This document shows positions 25,761-37,500 of a stretch of 64,000 nucleotides of DNA, piece after piece. Position numbers and translations under genes: made by a program. The stretch comes from Balanoglossus misakiensis (lineage: Eukaryota > Animalia > Hemichordata). The notes beneath the pieces are model-generated. The model did no database searches. It was given only the letters and a program-made list of their open reading frames with translations, and had not been told where the DNA came from. The stretch is taken from the NCBI GenBank assembly GCA_040954595.2, contig CM082583.2:5454849-5518848 (forward strand). The letters run 5' to 3'. The first letter of the stretch is position 1. Each line of letters opens with the position of its first letter.

Positions 25761-28700
25761 AATCCATGGTTCGACAATTTGTGTCTGTACGCCAGGTATA
25801 TGCGGAGAAATTGTCACAAATCAGCAGGTTTTGAAGCTTCCATCTCAAAGTTGATAGAATCACATATTCTAAAACACTCCATACACATTGGAGGGAGTAC
25901 ATGTGATTACGCACAAACCACCAGCTGTGCGTGTTACAACTGTCACCATCACCTTAATATGAGAGATCAAGTAATATGAGAGAGACGGACAGACAGACAG
26001 TCAACAGATAAAACATCAGACAGACAGACTGCATGATAGATTAAGACTTTTTTTTATAGGATTGCAAACAATTTAGGTAAAACATTTATAGCGAAATTTG
26101 CATGGATATTAAAATCAATGGACACGCATAGACAGTACAAAAATGCATATTTCCATTTGACTCGATCTGCACACACTTTTTCACTTTTTCCCTTTCATTT
26201 GCCCATCTGGTTGTACCATATATCAATGGGTACTTGTCATACCCACTGTATTGGTAATAGCCAGATGTGTCTAAATATAATCTCCATCAGGCCCAGTCTG
26301 GCTGGCCCCACCCCTCTCCAATATTTGTTTTGGCTCCTGGCTTATCCTTACATATCTAAATAAAAATGCATGTAAAATTAATGCCTTGATCAATAGCTGC
26401 CATCTTTTTACAGTTAATTGGTGTTTGTTTTGCTGTTTGAACCAGATTATGTTATTGTAGACATAAATTTCTTTAAACAATTATTGGGTGACCCAAAATT
26501 AGAAGATGGCTGTCCATTGATGTGCAGATACAGAAACAAGACTACGCCAGTTTGTAAATGACAGATTATAATAGTGTGTTTTAAGAGATAACAAAAAACA
26601 TGGTAATTTTCATTCCTCTGTCTTGGGTTTGACTAGTGTGGGTTAAAAATGTGGGAGTCTTGATAGGGGTGGTTAAAGTTTATCCAGTGAAGATATGCTT
26701 AGGGCTCAGCTATAAGCTGAAATTTTCAGGTTGCTGTCCAGGTACTGTCACAGCAGTAAATACCAGTTTGTTTCACGATCGACACATCAGTTAAATTCTC
26801 CTCTTATCTGCTGAACTTTGCACCCTGATCACCTGGCAACCATGACATTGATCATTCAGAAATTTCTTCCATCACAACAGAATACCTATGTTTCTTTTTA
26901 TAAATATTAAGACCTTGATTTTACATATTAAAGTTTTGCCAGTCTGAAAAAGATGATAAACGTTACTGCTAACATTGATTATACGTCATCATGGCAAACA
27001 ATGTTTATGTATACCATCAATATACATGTAGTATAATGGTTGCCTGGGTCCCCATCAATTCTATATTCCCTAGCAACGCTAAATTACAGTTTTGACATGT
27101 TTTATTGATGCGAAAATTTGAACAGGCGTAGTTCACTCAAATCTACCTACCATTTTATTAAATCCATTACCCTATACACTCCTGTTCCAGGTATGCATTA
27201 TTTTGACACTATACGCAGAGCAAGTTCATTATTTTCTGTAGAAATTTTTATTGGGAGAAATTGATTTACCGCTGATTAAAACTTGATACAAACCGTTTAT
27301 TAATGGACTTTATTACTACCTACCTGCCTTCATGATGTTATCATTAATTCTGATGCTATGAAATCTTTGATGACATCAAACAATGACATATCTACCCTGG
27401 CAGTGAATGTTGCAAGCACATATTGCCCGTGCAATATGGTTAACGTTTTATTAATGACAAATATTCTCAGAATTTTTACACTGTGCATAAAGTACAGTTC
27501 ACTGATCTGGTCCCTGAAGCGTATCAAAACACTCAATTCTTTTATTGTTGGTATCACCATGCAGTGTTAATGTCATTGTTAATATTTGAACATGAGTGCA
27601 TCTGCTCAGAAATGAATTTCCAAGCTCTGCTGGCCGTCTTGATAAAATAATATAAAAAAAATAGTGTCAGTTTTTGACTATGAGAAGATTAAATCATTTT
27701 ATCAATTAAAAATTTGGTATTAAAAAGTGGCAGCTACCGTATGATTGCAGAGAGATACACAGTTGCTTTGTGGGACAAAAGTTCAAGGGCAAAGGACACC
27801 GTGCCAAGGCAACCAAATGGTGAACAGTCTTGTACTTTTTGTTGTGATGGTCGAGCGTGGCCTTGGCGATGATGAAGTGTGGGTACACGTTATCAAGTAG
27901 TCTCGTCCTCCCCGTCAGTTCTGACAGGCAGGTGTCCAGGCTTCAAAAAAACTTGAATTGAATTTATGTCGCTGCTATTGATAGTTAACTGATAGAGCCC
28001 AGATAACTGTCGCCAAAAACACGACAGCAGAATGCGAAATGAGTCGCTTATTTCTGAAATTTACACATCCGTTCGATTTGACGGCAGTGATGGGTGCTTC
28101 ATGATAATTTTCTGATTGGAAAGATTAAGGATGTGCACGCCGGCAAAATAAATCGTACTTGTGCACGGGTTTTGTGTGTTGAAGTGTATATCGATGCATG
28201 ACTGAGATGCTTAGTGGAATTTTATGACGGATTTAGATCTTTTAATGGAGTTTTACAAATATTTTGCTCAGGGGATCAGCAGTAAAGTTTTATCCATATT
28301 GGACAAAATCAGAACATGGCAGCTTTCCAAAACATTTTAAGGGGCTTTGACCTTGCAGATAACAGAGCAATACACCAAACACAAAATATTTTTTTTTAAA
28401 CATATTTTTTTATTAAATGAGTAATTATTGAGCAATTTTCAGGATATATCAGAGATTCAAGAAATATTGGCATATTTGCATACTGAGGCAACTTTATTTT
28501 GAAAAAAGCTGCACAAAAACCAAAACAGATTTGCTTGTCCTAGTTGTACAGTTCATGATTTTACTCTAAAATACACAAAAGAAAAATGCAGACCAAGACA
28601 TTTTTGTGTAAGATCACTTGAAAGGCTCTATAGGTAGAGTACAAAGGTATTAGAATAAACTGTCGTCGAGGGCGCTATAACACACCATTCATGGGCTACA

Positions 28701-29099
28701 CAATTTTGAAAGTACATGTACATGTACATACAAGTTCATCCTAAATGTGAACTAAACCCTGCAACTATTTGCATAATGGGCTTAATTAGTTATCACTATT
28801 AAAAGGTCTTGTATCAGGTAACATTTGGCAGACGAATGATCAAGTGTTCTTGCACGATCTTTTGAAATTAGAATGAAAAGTATACATCCCTTTGAAAAAA
28901 AGTAAATTTTACGAGACAAGGCAGTGTATATCATATATAAATCAGATTTTTGAGGTGAGAAAAATATTATCAGTTGTGAAGTAAGTACAGTACCCCTCCC
29001 AGCACACAAAACTGAGGTCGACCAGCAGTGAGCTGGTTTAAGAAAGGCAGCGAAATAATTTTAGAGGTAAACATTTTTGAAGAGTCACAGCGGGGTCCA

Positions 29100-29130
29100 T
29101 TACAAGCCTGACCTCCAAGATGGCACGCCC
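29100..29130 (-). CDS. CCDC112: CCDC112 exon 13 (RGVPSWRSGL*)
   Basis: ttgcag| acceptor; TAA stop; AATAAA on the minus strand at 28493-28498 and 28409-28414. Confidence 0.9.
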
Positions 29131-30273
29131 CTGCAAGGTACCAAATATGAAACACAGATAAGTTAAAACTATTTCCACACTGGAAATGAAACATTAAAGG
29201 AAGAGATCTTGATGTTAAGCTGGTTAAATTGTAGCTCCTTTTTAACAATGAAACTGGCCAGGAAACACAAACACAAATGTAGCTCAGCTCGTGTCAGAGC
29301 AAATACAAAAATTCACAGTAAATTTCACGTAGGGTGTGGATATTCCTCTCTGTGGATGTGTTAGTCATATTGTCTGGTATTGCCACTCATTAAACCCACC
29401 TGTGCGGCATGTGTAAGACTGGACCGCCACCAGCAGCAGCACCAGTGTCTTTCTGCCGTTCTTTCCAGCCTTCTGTTAGTTTGTACAGCCTGGACGGGTC
29501 TCTTTCAACTTGGACTTGAACCTGAAAGAAAGATGGGATTGTACCTTTACTTCAACGGCAATGTAATTGTTTGGGATTGTCTGTTCGTTTGTAAACAGAG
29601 TTGTCAGCTAGAGAACAAATACTATGAGCCCCATCGATGTTTATGGTCTATGTTTTGTTCTTGACGTTTGAAAGTTTCTGTCAAGGGAAAAAAGTTCACA
29701 GGGACCCATACAGTTACGTCTAACCAAATTCTTATCCTAACACAAAGAAATGAGGTTGCATGTAATCTTTTGAAGAGCCTTTGTGTGCATAACACATGAA
29801 AGCGCAAGCCCTGGATGTCATCGCAACACACCTGTCCTTTGAGCCGTTCCAATTTCTTCTGTTTTTGTCTCTCCGCTTCCTCCCTGGCCTTCTCCCTGGC
29901 TTGTTTTTCTTCCATGCGGCGGTAGTCTCTCTCCAGGAACCTCGCTCTCTCCGCCGCTGAGTACCGCCTCTTTTCCTCCTTGTCGATCTCCTGCATCATT
30001 TCCTCTTCTCTGCGTCTCGACTCTTCCTCTTCTTTCCGTTGTTGTGCAAGCTCTCGGACTTGAGCTTTCAGCACTTCCTGTGTGCGAAGAATCCAGCAAT
30101 GTTGTGAGATCGTGTTGCAAACATTAGGTTCTGACAACATCAATGTGGATGCGTTTTGGTTATTCTTTGTTTTGTGAGTTTTTCTGTTGTTCTGCTCTCT
30201 GAAAGATGGCAGGTTGCTGGATCTCTAACTCCACTCATGCTATATTTTGACATCCTCCTTCTCCTCCTCCTCC

Positions 30274-30321
<48 letters not shown>

Positions 30322-30324
30322 CAT

Positions 30325-30368
<44 letters not shown>

Positions 30369-33300
30369 CCATCATCAGTAGAAGTAGTAAATGCTGATTC
30401 AATGAGGTACCTGTCTTTTCCTATCTTTTTCTTTTTGTTTGGCTCTTCTCAATTCTTCCTCCATTTTCCGTTCTTCTCCACGGACTCTCTCCAGCTCTTT
30501 TTGCACCTGCGGATTATGACAATTAGTATTTTCGCATTCAACCTTCACCAACATCTGGTTGTTTTTGTCTGCTGGGGGTGTTCGGGTTTCAGTTGTTATT
30601 TCCTTGCCTTGTATTGCTTTTTTGTTATTTTTGACATTTCCTTGCTGTATGGGGTTTTTATCTTCCTACCATTAAATGTTTCTAGTTTTGGCTTTGTATT
30701 ATTTTTTGTGGTTTCAGGCTGTAATGACTGACGTGAACATACACCAATAATGTAACACCCAACAGCAAAACAAGAAAACAGAAATACTGAAACCACAAGG
30801 ACAAGGACGTAAAGCAACAGGAAATGTCAAAAGTCACAAAATAAACAAGTTACAAAACACTAAAATCATGACTAGATCACAAACACACCAACGTGACAGC
30901 TAGTATTAATGACTAAAACAATCTGGCTTCAATGCAACAAACAGGCAAAATTCCGCAGAAATTTTGTGCCACCGAGGAAGAAAGGTCACATTGTTTTGAA
31001 ATGTGAGACCTAACAGACAAACATCAACACACGTATTTGTGACAAACACACACGCAACACAAACCCCATACCAACACAGAGGGCGCACTGCACTGGCAGA
31101 AAGCACACTATACACCACTGGGGTGGTAATTTGGCTTCGACGACACGCAGTATCTGAGGCAGACATCTGCATTATAGGGGCACACCGTGACTTCTACATA
31201 CCTTCCATGCATTCAGTTTCTCCAGTCTTTCTTGCCTTTCTTGTTCCAACTTTTCAGCTTTCAATCTTTCCCTTTCTTCCTGTTCATTGGCTGCGTCTTC
31301 ATCGTCCTCTTCAGCTTTCATAATCAAGTCTTCTTTTTCATTCTTAAAAAAAAAACAGATGAAGACGATGTAAACACATTTACAGCTTGGAAATAAACTG
31401 CATTGAATAATTCTTTTACCATAGTTCTTTAAAGATTTCCCACCCAATTTGCTGCGTTATGCAATTATATTTTCAAGACCACTCTAACAATGACACCACA
31501 CATCGCCATGACAACCACACATACCCACCTCTTTCTGAACCCTCCATTTCTGGATGGCCTCTTTCTTCTTGTCCAACAGGGACAGGTATTCCTGAAACCA
31601 GTTCTCGTGCTCCTTGACCTCGTCCAGTGTCCTGCCGGGCAGTGCGTTGTAGGCCGTATTGATGAACGCTGCCTTGCCCTGGAAATGGAAGATTAAACAC
31701 TGAAGTTCAGCACAAGCTAACATCACTATAATTATTGTTTTAAGTCAAAAATTTGGCACAAAGAAATATTTTTTGCATCCTTTTCACTTTCGGTGGAAAA
31801 TGTTAGCTCACCTTATGTCTATTTCTAAACTTCAAAAACGTCTGGTGATCATATTCATCCCAGCCTCCTTTGTGGCCTCCAGTCTGGGCAAGGAATCTCT
31901 GTCAAACAGAAAAAAAAAAAAAATTTAGGCAATCAGCTTACTCTGTGGAAAGTGTCAAATCAGGGCTGGCTACATACTTTCACCCATCTTTGACTGGAGG
32001 AATGTATTCTCTTCTTTGCTCTGACAACATATCATCCCAGACAACATTACATTACGCTAGTATTACCTGTAATATTACTTACAGTATATTAGCTTAGGTT
32101 CAATTACTCAAGCTGAGTTGAGTCTGGAATTTTGGCCACTTGTGGCACCAGCTTGTTTTACACTTACCAAGCAGTGCTAGACCGTACCGAGTTATACAGC
32201 TGCTCATAACTGGATGATGGATCCGTGAGGAGCTCATCCAGTTTCGTGTCCATAAACTCACCTCAAATGCAGCCACTTCCGGAGGCAGGTCGGCAGTGAT
32301 GCTCCTCGCCGACGACAGGGGCTTGGATCTGCTGGTGGTCTTGCCGTCCAGTGCAATGGGCGGGATGTGAGACCAGGAATCAAACTTCTTCTCCAGGGCC
32401 GTGAGTTCCTGCATCGCAGTCAACTCCTCTCTCATCAGTGATTCGTAACTGAACACAACCAAATGAACACGATGTTCAGCTGATGTAAATCCGACATCAA
32501 GTGACACTTAATTTGTAATGTGTTTAAAATGAGTGTATTATGAACTTGACTTATTTCTTACATCTCATTCAAAAGCAATTTCAGTACTGCAGCACTTTGA
32601 GACATTTTAAACTCAGCTATGAAAAAACTGCGTAATATTTACCTGTACAAACTCACATGAGTTGTTTGGTGAACTGGGATCATGAGTTGTTGAAACTGAT
32701 CGTGCACCTTCTGTAAATTACCCCCACCCCTAAAAATTATAACAACCAGTGTGAAAAGAATACTTACATTTCTCTTTGTCTGTCTTTGAATGCATTGATA
32801 GTTGCTTCTATGTCCTCCATTGTCTCCTTCAACTTCTCTACGACTGAAATCAACAGTAAACCAAATTCAATTGTTTCTGTTCTCACAAGTAGATGTGATC
32901 AGTTTCCTAACGTACACATTCACACAAACAGAATGAGTTTTCAGTAAGTCCATAATGCTTTTCTTGTTTTCTCTATATTGGTTTTCTATTTTATTTTTTG
33001 AGGGGGGGGGGAAGAATAACTCTCAAGTAATCTCTCGGTGTAACTACTTACATTCAGGTGTTGGTTTAATGTCCCTCAGTTCTCTCTGGAATTTTCTCAC
33101 ACTTCCCCGCATTTTGTCAATCTGCAGTTTCAGTTTTACCTCTGTGAATAAAAAAACAACAAACACAGAATCAAAGTCCATCCAGTGACGCATTCAAGCA
33201 GTTAGCTGATGAAAACAAGTCATATAAAATGTGTCTTTCAAAAGATAGAACAGTGGTTTTAGTTCGGTCATCGAATTACATAATTGAAAATCTTGTTGGA

Positions 33301-34345
33301 CTGGAGATGGAAGTCACATATTTCAATCAAGTATTCACGATTACTTCTCATATTTCTCATCAACACATCACTTTCGTACAATGCACTCACTCTCTGCCTT
33401 TCGTTCGCTATTGAATTTGATATCCAGTTCCTCAAGCGTGCAGAAGTCTTTTCTGAAATCACTTCTCTTGTTGTACAGGTTCGTGCCTTTCTCTCTGTCC
33501 ATGCCGGTGATTCTGAAATGTGACGACACAAGAGGTCAAGCAGGGTCAGTCGTTTCCTGATAGCAATATAGTCATGGGCAAATCCTTGAGAGTTTTATTT
33601 TTTATCTCTCTGGTGATGATAAAATTAAAATGCATATGTCAACACAACCAGTATTTAATCAGCTGCAAAAGTCAGCTTAGTATGGACAATGCGTTTTTTC
33701 TATACTTTATGCGGAAAACGACATTTTCAAAAGGGCATTACACCAGGTTTATCTTGATTTCATGATCTTTGCTTCCATGCTTACTTCTGTTCCAGCTGTT
33801 CTATTTCCTTCAGAACTTGCATCTTCTTGGATTTCTCCCCCTTCGATTTATGTGCCCACATCTTGGCATCATTATCCCCACCACCACCACCACCACCAGC
33901 CTGGAGATGAAATGATCATGAAAGGACACTTAGTTGCTGGGCAAAACATTCTCATGGAAACATCAGTGTTCATTTCATGTTGGCTTGACAGTGACACCCA
34001 TCCCCAGTCGTGTCATCGTCTTCGCTGCTCGCACGGATCGAAATATTTTTCCCCCCATCACAAATAACAGTAATCGAGATAACAAACGCTTTCTTCCGCT
34101 AATCAAATGCGACTGTCAACATGCTGAAACCTGATCGCCAGTAATGGGCCCCCACTGCTGAAACTATTCAGTGAAGACAGAAGGAAGTCAAATACATTGA
34201 AACCAGGTAGATCAATGGTTGAAAAATATTTCTTCGGTCAGTGTGCACTTATTTGATTAAAATTTGGGGGCAAATACGCGTGATCACGGCTGTAACTACG
34301 GTGGTAAACAAAACTTCAAATTACCTGCGCGATGGAGGCCGCCAT
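29100..34345 (-). CDS. CCDC112: Coiled-coil domain-containing protein 112; 13 coding exons, 494 aa
   Basis: Assembled protein contains LYNKRSDFR, ELRDIKPTPEFVEKLKETMEDIE, LPPEVAAFERFLAQTGGHKGGWDEYDHQTF, LPGRTLDEVKEHENWFQEY, RDPSRLYKLTEGWKER, LHMPHRGVPSWRSGL*, all matching CCDC112. All introns GT-AG; 1485 nt in frame. Confidence 0.93.
29400..29521 (-). CDS. CCDC112: CCDC112 exon 12
   Basis: VQVQVERDPSRLYKLTEGWKERQKDTGAAAGGGPVLHMPH. Confidence 0.93.
29832..30077 (-). CDS. CCDC112: CCDC112 exon 11
   Basis: EVLKAQVRELAQQRKEEEE...RFLERD...KKLERLKGQ coiled coil. Confidence 0.9.
30254..30376 (+). repeat. (CCT)n(CAT)n compound microsatellite in a CCDC112 intron
   Basis: Visible tandem run. Confidence 0.92.
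30411..30506 (-). CDS. CCDC112: CCDC112 exon 10
   Basis: VQKELERVRGEERKMEEELRRAKQKEKDRKRQ. Confidence 0.88.
31202..31342 (-). CDS. CCDC112: CCDC112 exon 9
   Basis: NEKEDLIMKAEEDD...ERLEKLNAWK. Confidence 0.88.
31529..31678 (-). CDS. CCDC112: CCDC112 exon 8
   Basis: GKAAFINTAYNALPGRTLDEVKEHENWFQEYLSLLDKKKEAIQKWRVQKE. Confidence 0.93.
31812..31898 (-). CDS. CCDC112: CCDC112 exon 7
   Basis: RFLAQTGGHKGGWDEYDHQTFLKFRNRHK. Confidence 0.94.
32262..32448 (-). CDS. CCDC112: CCDC112 exon 6
   Basis: YESLMREELTAMQELTALEKKFDSW...LPPEVAAFE. Confidence 0.92.
32768..32843 (-). CDS. CCDC112: CCDC112 exon 5
   Basis: FVEKLKETMEDIEATINAFKDRQRE. Confidence 0.92.
33052..33141 (-). CDS. CCDC112: CCDC112 exon 4
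   Basis: VKLKLQIDKMRGSVRKFQRELRDIKPTPE. Confidence 0.92.
33391..33512 (-). CDS. CCDC112: CCDC112 exon 3
   Basis: ITGMDREKGTNLYNKRSDFRKDFCTLEELDIKFNSERKAE. Confidence 0.9.
33785..33900 (-). CDS. CCDC112: CCDC112 exon 2
   Basis: AGGGGGGGDNDAKMWAHKSKGEKSKKMQVLKEIEQLEQ; AG/GT boundaries, phase 0 to 2. Confidence 0.82.
34325..34345 (-). CDS. CCDC112: CCDC112 exon 1 (MAASIAQ)
   Basis: ccaacATGGcg Kozak context; donor cag|gtaa. Confidence 0.8.
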
Positions 34346-34564
34346 GTTGGAAGTTGTGTTCGATTTCCGGAAGCCGTAGAGAAGTCTGGGTAATAATTGA
34401 AATCCTACCAAGTCGGGTCGGGTTAGGGTTAGAGTCCGTTTCCGTGTCGCGATCAAGTCGCGTCAGTAACTTAGGAAGAGGCGATCGCTTGCGAAATTCA
34501 CTGGGGAAACTCTTCTGCAATCACATAGTGAAAACCCATCGACGATTTTCATTCCCTGTTGGAG
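34338..34564. promoter_or_regulatory. CpG-rich bidirectional promoter of CCDC112 (-) and SHC (+), with a probable non-coding SHC first exon ending at 34564
   Basis: CpG-rich; YY1-like AACATGGCGGC over the CCDC112 ATG; ETS-like CCGGAAG at about 34367; TCGCGA core at about 34447; strong + strand donor gag|gtaagt at 34564. Confidence 0.55.
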
Positions 34565-37500
34565 GTAAGTCCGCATGACACTTCGACGTTGCTTACATGT
34601 GAACGTAAACAACCCGCCCGGGCCATGGGTCATGATGAACGCCGTTTCGTTTTGTGCTCGATCGTTCCCCTTATACTTCACTGCCCATAGCTTTTTAACT
34701 TTCATGTCGATCTAACATTCAGAATTTCATATCTAGTTCCTCGAACATGCGTATGAACTCGCGCGATTTGAAGTTAAACGTAGAGTAATATTTCAGTCGA
34801 GTCGCGATACTGGCAAGGCCTGAACAGTCCGATCGTGGGAATTTTATTCAGTGCCTGGTCAGTGAAAATGTTTTTTAACTTGCGGAAGTTGTGATTTAAT
34901 TTACAGCCAGTGAAAACTTCTACTGATGACTTCCTTGGAAAGTTACAGTGTTACAACCGTGTAATACCAATTCAGTGCCAAACTCCCAGCATAAAAAAAT
35001 AAAAATAACCACGTTAATTTAGAGCTGGGACTACAAGCAGATCTGCATAGGAAGTGATAGTTTCTGAGTCTCAGCTAAAAATAGAAGTTGGAGCGCGGAC
35101 AAACAGTTATAAAATAATTTGACGCGCCAGCACTGGGCGATCGATCGGTCGTCACTGTTTGGCTGATTAATTTAGACCCCGACGATTCTGATTGGTCAAT
35201 TACTTTCACACCTTATTCTGTACAGCACTTGTGATTGGTCAAGGACGCCCTGCACTCTTAGAACAGGTCTACCAGACGCCGGACAATTTGTTGACCGGAG
35301 TTGACCCTTTGTGCGCATTTCTGGGTATATGCTGTTTCAGATCACCTTTGTAAAGTGATGAAGACTCGAGCCTCACTTAGTACAAATTGCAGAGGCAAAT
35401 TGTAGTAATATTTATATGAATACAATCACCTCTGATTTATATATGCCCATAGATGGTTTAAAGGACATGTTTAGAGGTGTAAATCATAAATTTAGTATTC
35501 TCATACTCTGTTGCGTTATACAGCTTAAATTTCTGATGTCAGTGGTGGTTTAAGACTTAAATGTCTCAGTTGCTGCTTGTTGCCTGGACTGGGAACCTTC
35601 ATAGCAACTGTTAAGTGTATTCAAGCAGGATAAATTGTTTCCAGGTCGGATATTCTATATATATAGGAAAGCCTTTTATTATGCAGTCAACATTCTAGTT
35701 GCCGGTCTATGACCGGACATCCTCTTGCTATGGAGACAGCTTGATCTCCCAGGGTGTAGGAAACAAAACAAAAACTGGGCTGTGACATACATGCTGGAGA
35801 TCGAGAACATCCACAAGGTATTACAGTGCAGGGGACCAAGTTGAGAGTAATTTGTAAACATAGGGGGTGTGTGATCACTTGCTAAGTGGGGATTTCACAC
35901 ATGAGCTGGCAGCAGTTATTACAACCTGATTTACATGATGTAGGTTTGTAAGGCAAAATATAATGCACTGTTATTCTATACACAGTTGAGGTTCACATAA
36001 GAGAATGTCTAATAATTTATTATTGGTCAAAAATCTCATCATTGGGGCAGTATACATACTAACATAACAATATGATTATCTATCTAGTGACATGCCACTA
36101 AATTTCTTGTTATTAGTGTATACACTTGTTGGTTTAATATAAGTTGGTTGTTTTACAGAAAAGTTGCATCATTTCTATAAAAACCTAGTGTCTGTATATT
36201 TATGGTGCTATTTTCTGCAAAACTGGTTTTTGTCATAATTTATAGCATGGAAGTTGCAAGTGGCTAGAGTTACTGCATACATCCATTTATTCTATAAAAG
36301 TCTTGACATTTATATACATGTATAAAATATAATCCAGACGGAACCTTTCAAATATTAGGTGTATGATTTACACCGTTCAAGTATTAATTTAACCTACAAG
36401 GCACATTATTTATTAATTAATTAAAACTCCAATTGGCCAATACTAGGCTAACAACTGATTGGCCCTTGTCAATGAATCCCCACTTATTTAAGAACTGTAA
36501 CCAGCACTATGTCCTATAATCAGTTAGCATATGCTAATGAGGAGTGACAGTAAGGTGTGAAATGGGCTAACCCAGACTGACCCTGGGTCAACCCAGCACT
36601 GACCCAGTGGGGGCCATATCCAGTAGAGTTCCTATCTGCACCGTAAATTGTCAGTTTAACCTACAGACACAATTGTGTTACTCAACACTATATTGTTGTC
36701 ACAAGTCAAGGCCAGGTCTGCACATAAAAGAGACAGAGGTCAATTAGTGGAGACAAATGGAGTAAAATAATACACGAAGGTCATTTCACAAATATGTGCT
36801 ATTTGTATACATGTACTTAAATTGCAGGAAAAATTTCCTATATGTTGGGATAGCGCATTGTGCAGTCAATCTTGCCTGCATGCACTATCTGTTGCATTTA
36901 CATTAGTTGTAACTGTAATGTTGTTTATATTTGGGGAGAAAAAAATGACATTTAGTTACAAATTACCCCATCAGTTGAACAGTAAATGGGTGGTCAAATA
37001 CCCAGCAAATATTCTATAAATCCGTTCTGGCATTATTGAGTAGTTGGTTGCCGAGAGACTTGCCCCGCCCCCTTGTATCATGTATTTGGACCATTTCTTC
37101 CTCTTGTGGTGTAACATAGCAGTTGCTCAGGTGTATTTTTTCACTAGAAGTTGTACATTTTCTAGTATCTGTCTGGAATATGTACAACTTTAGTGACATT
37201 TTTTTTATATTTTAAAAAAAGTGAATTTGTATTCGAAACAAGGTAGCAGTTTATTCAGAAGTCCGAAAACTGTAACATAATTTTTGTTAGGCAATATTGG
37301 TTTTTGGGTGAACTGTTAAATAAAAGTAATGGTTTATTTTCTAAAGATGGAATTTTGTCACATTACTGGAAGGAAATGCTGAACTCTCCAGGCAGCCAAG
37401 TGTTTTATAACCGGTGCTTTCTTGAGAGGCTGTCAAATCTAATATGATCTATGTCACTTAATGTCGTTGTGGGGCTTGACTTATGGGCCACGGATAATTA

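Noticed and set aside
30140-30322. Poly-Met/Arg ORF
   Set aside because: Intronic (CAT)n/(CCT)n microsatellite
34421-34432. Telomere-like GGTTAGGGTTAG
   Set aside because: Only two units; not an interstitial telomere array
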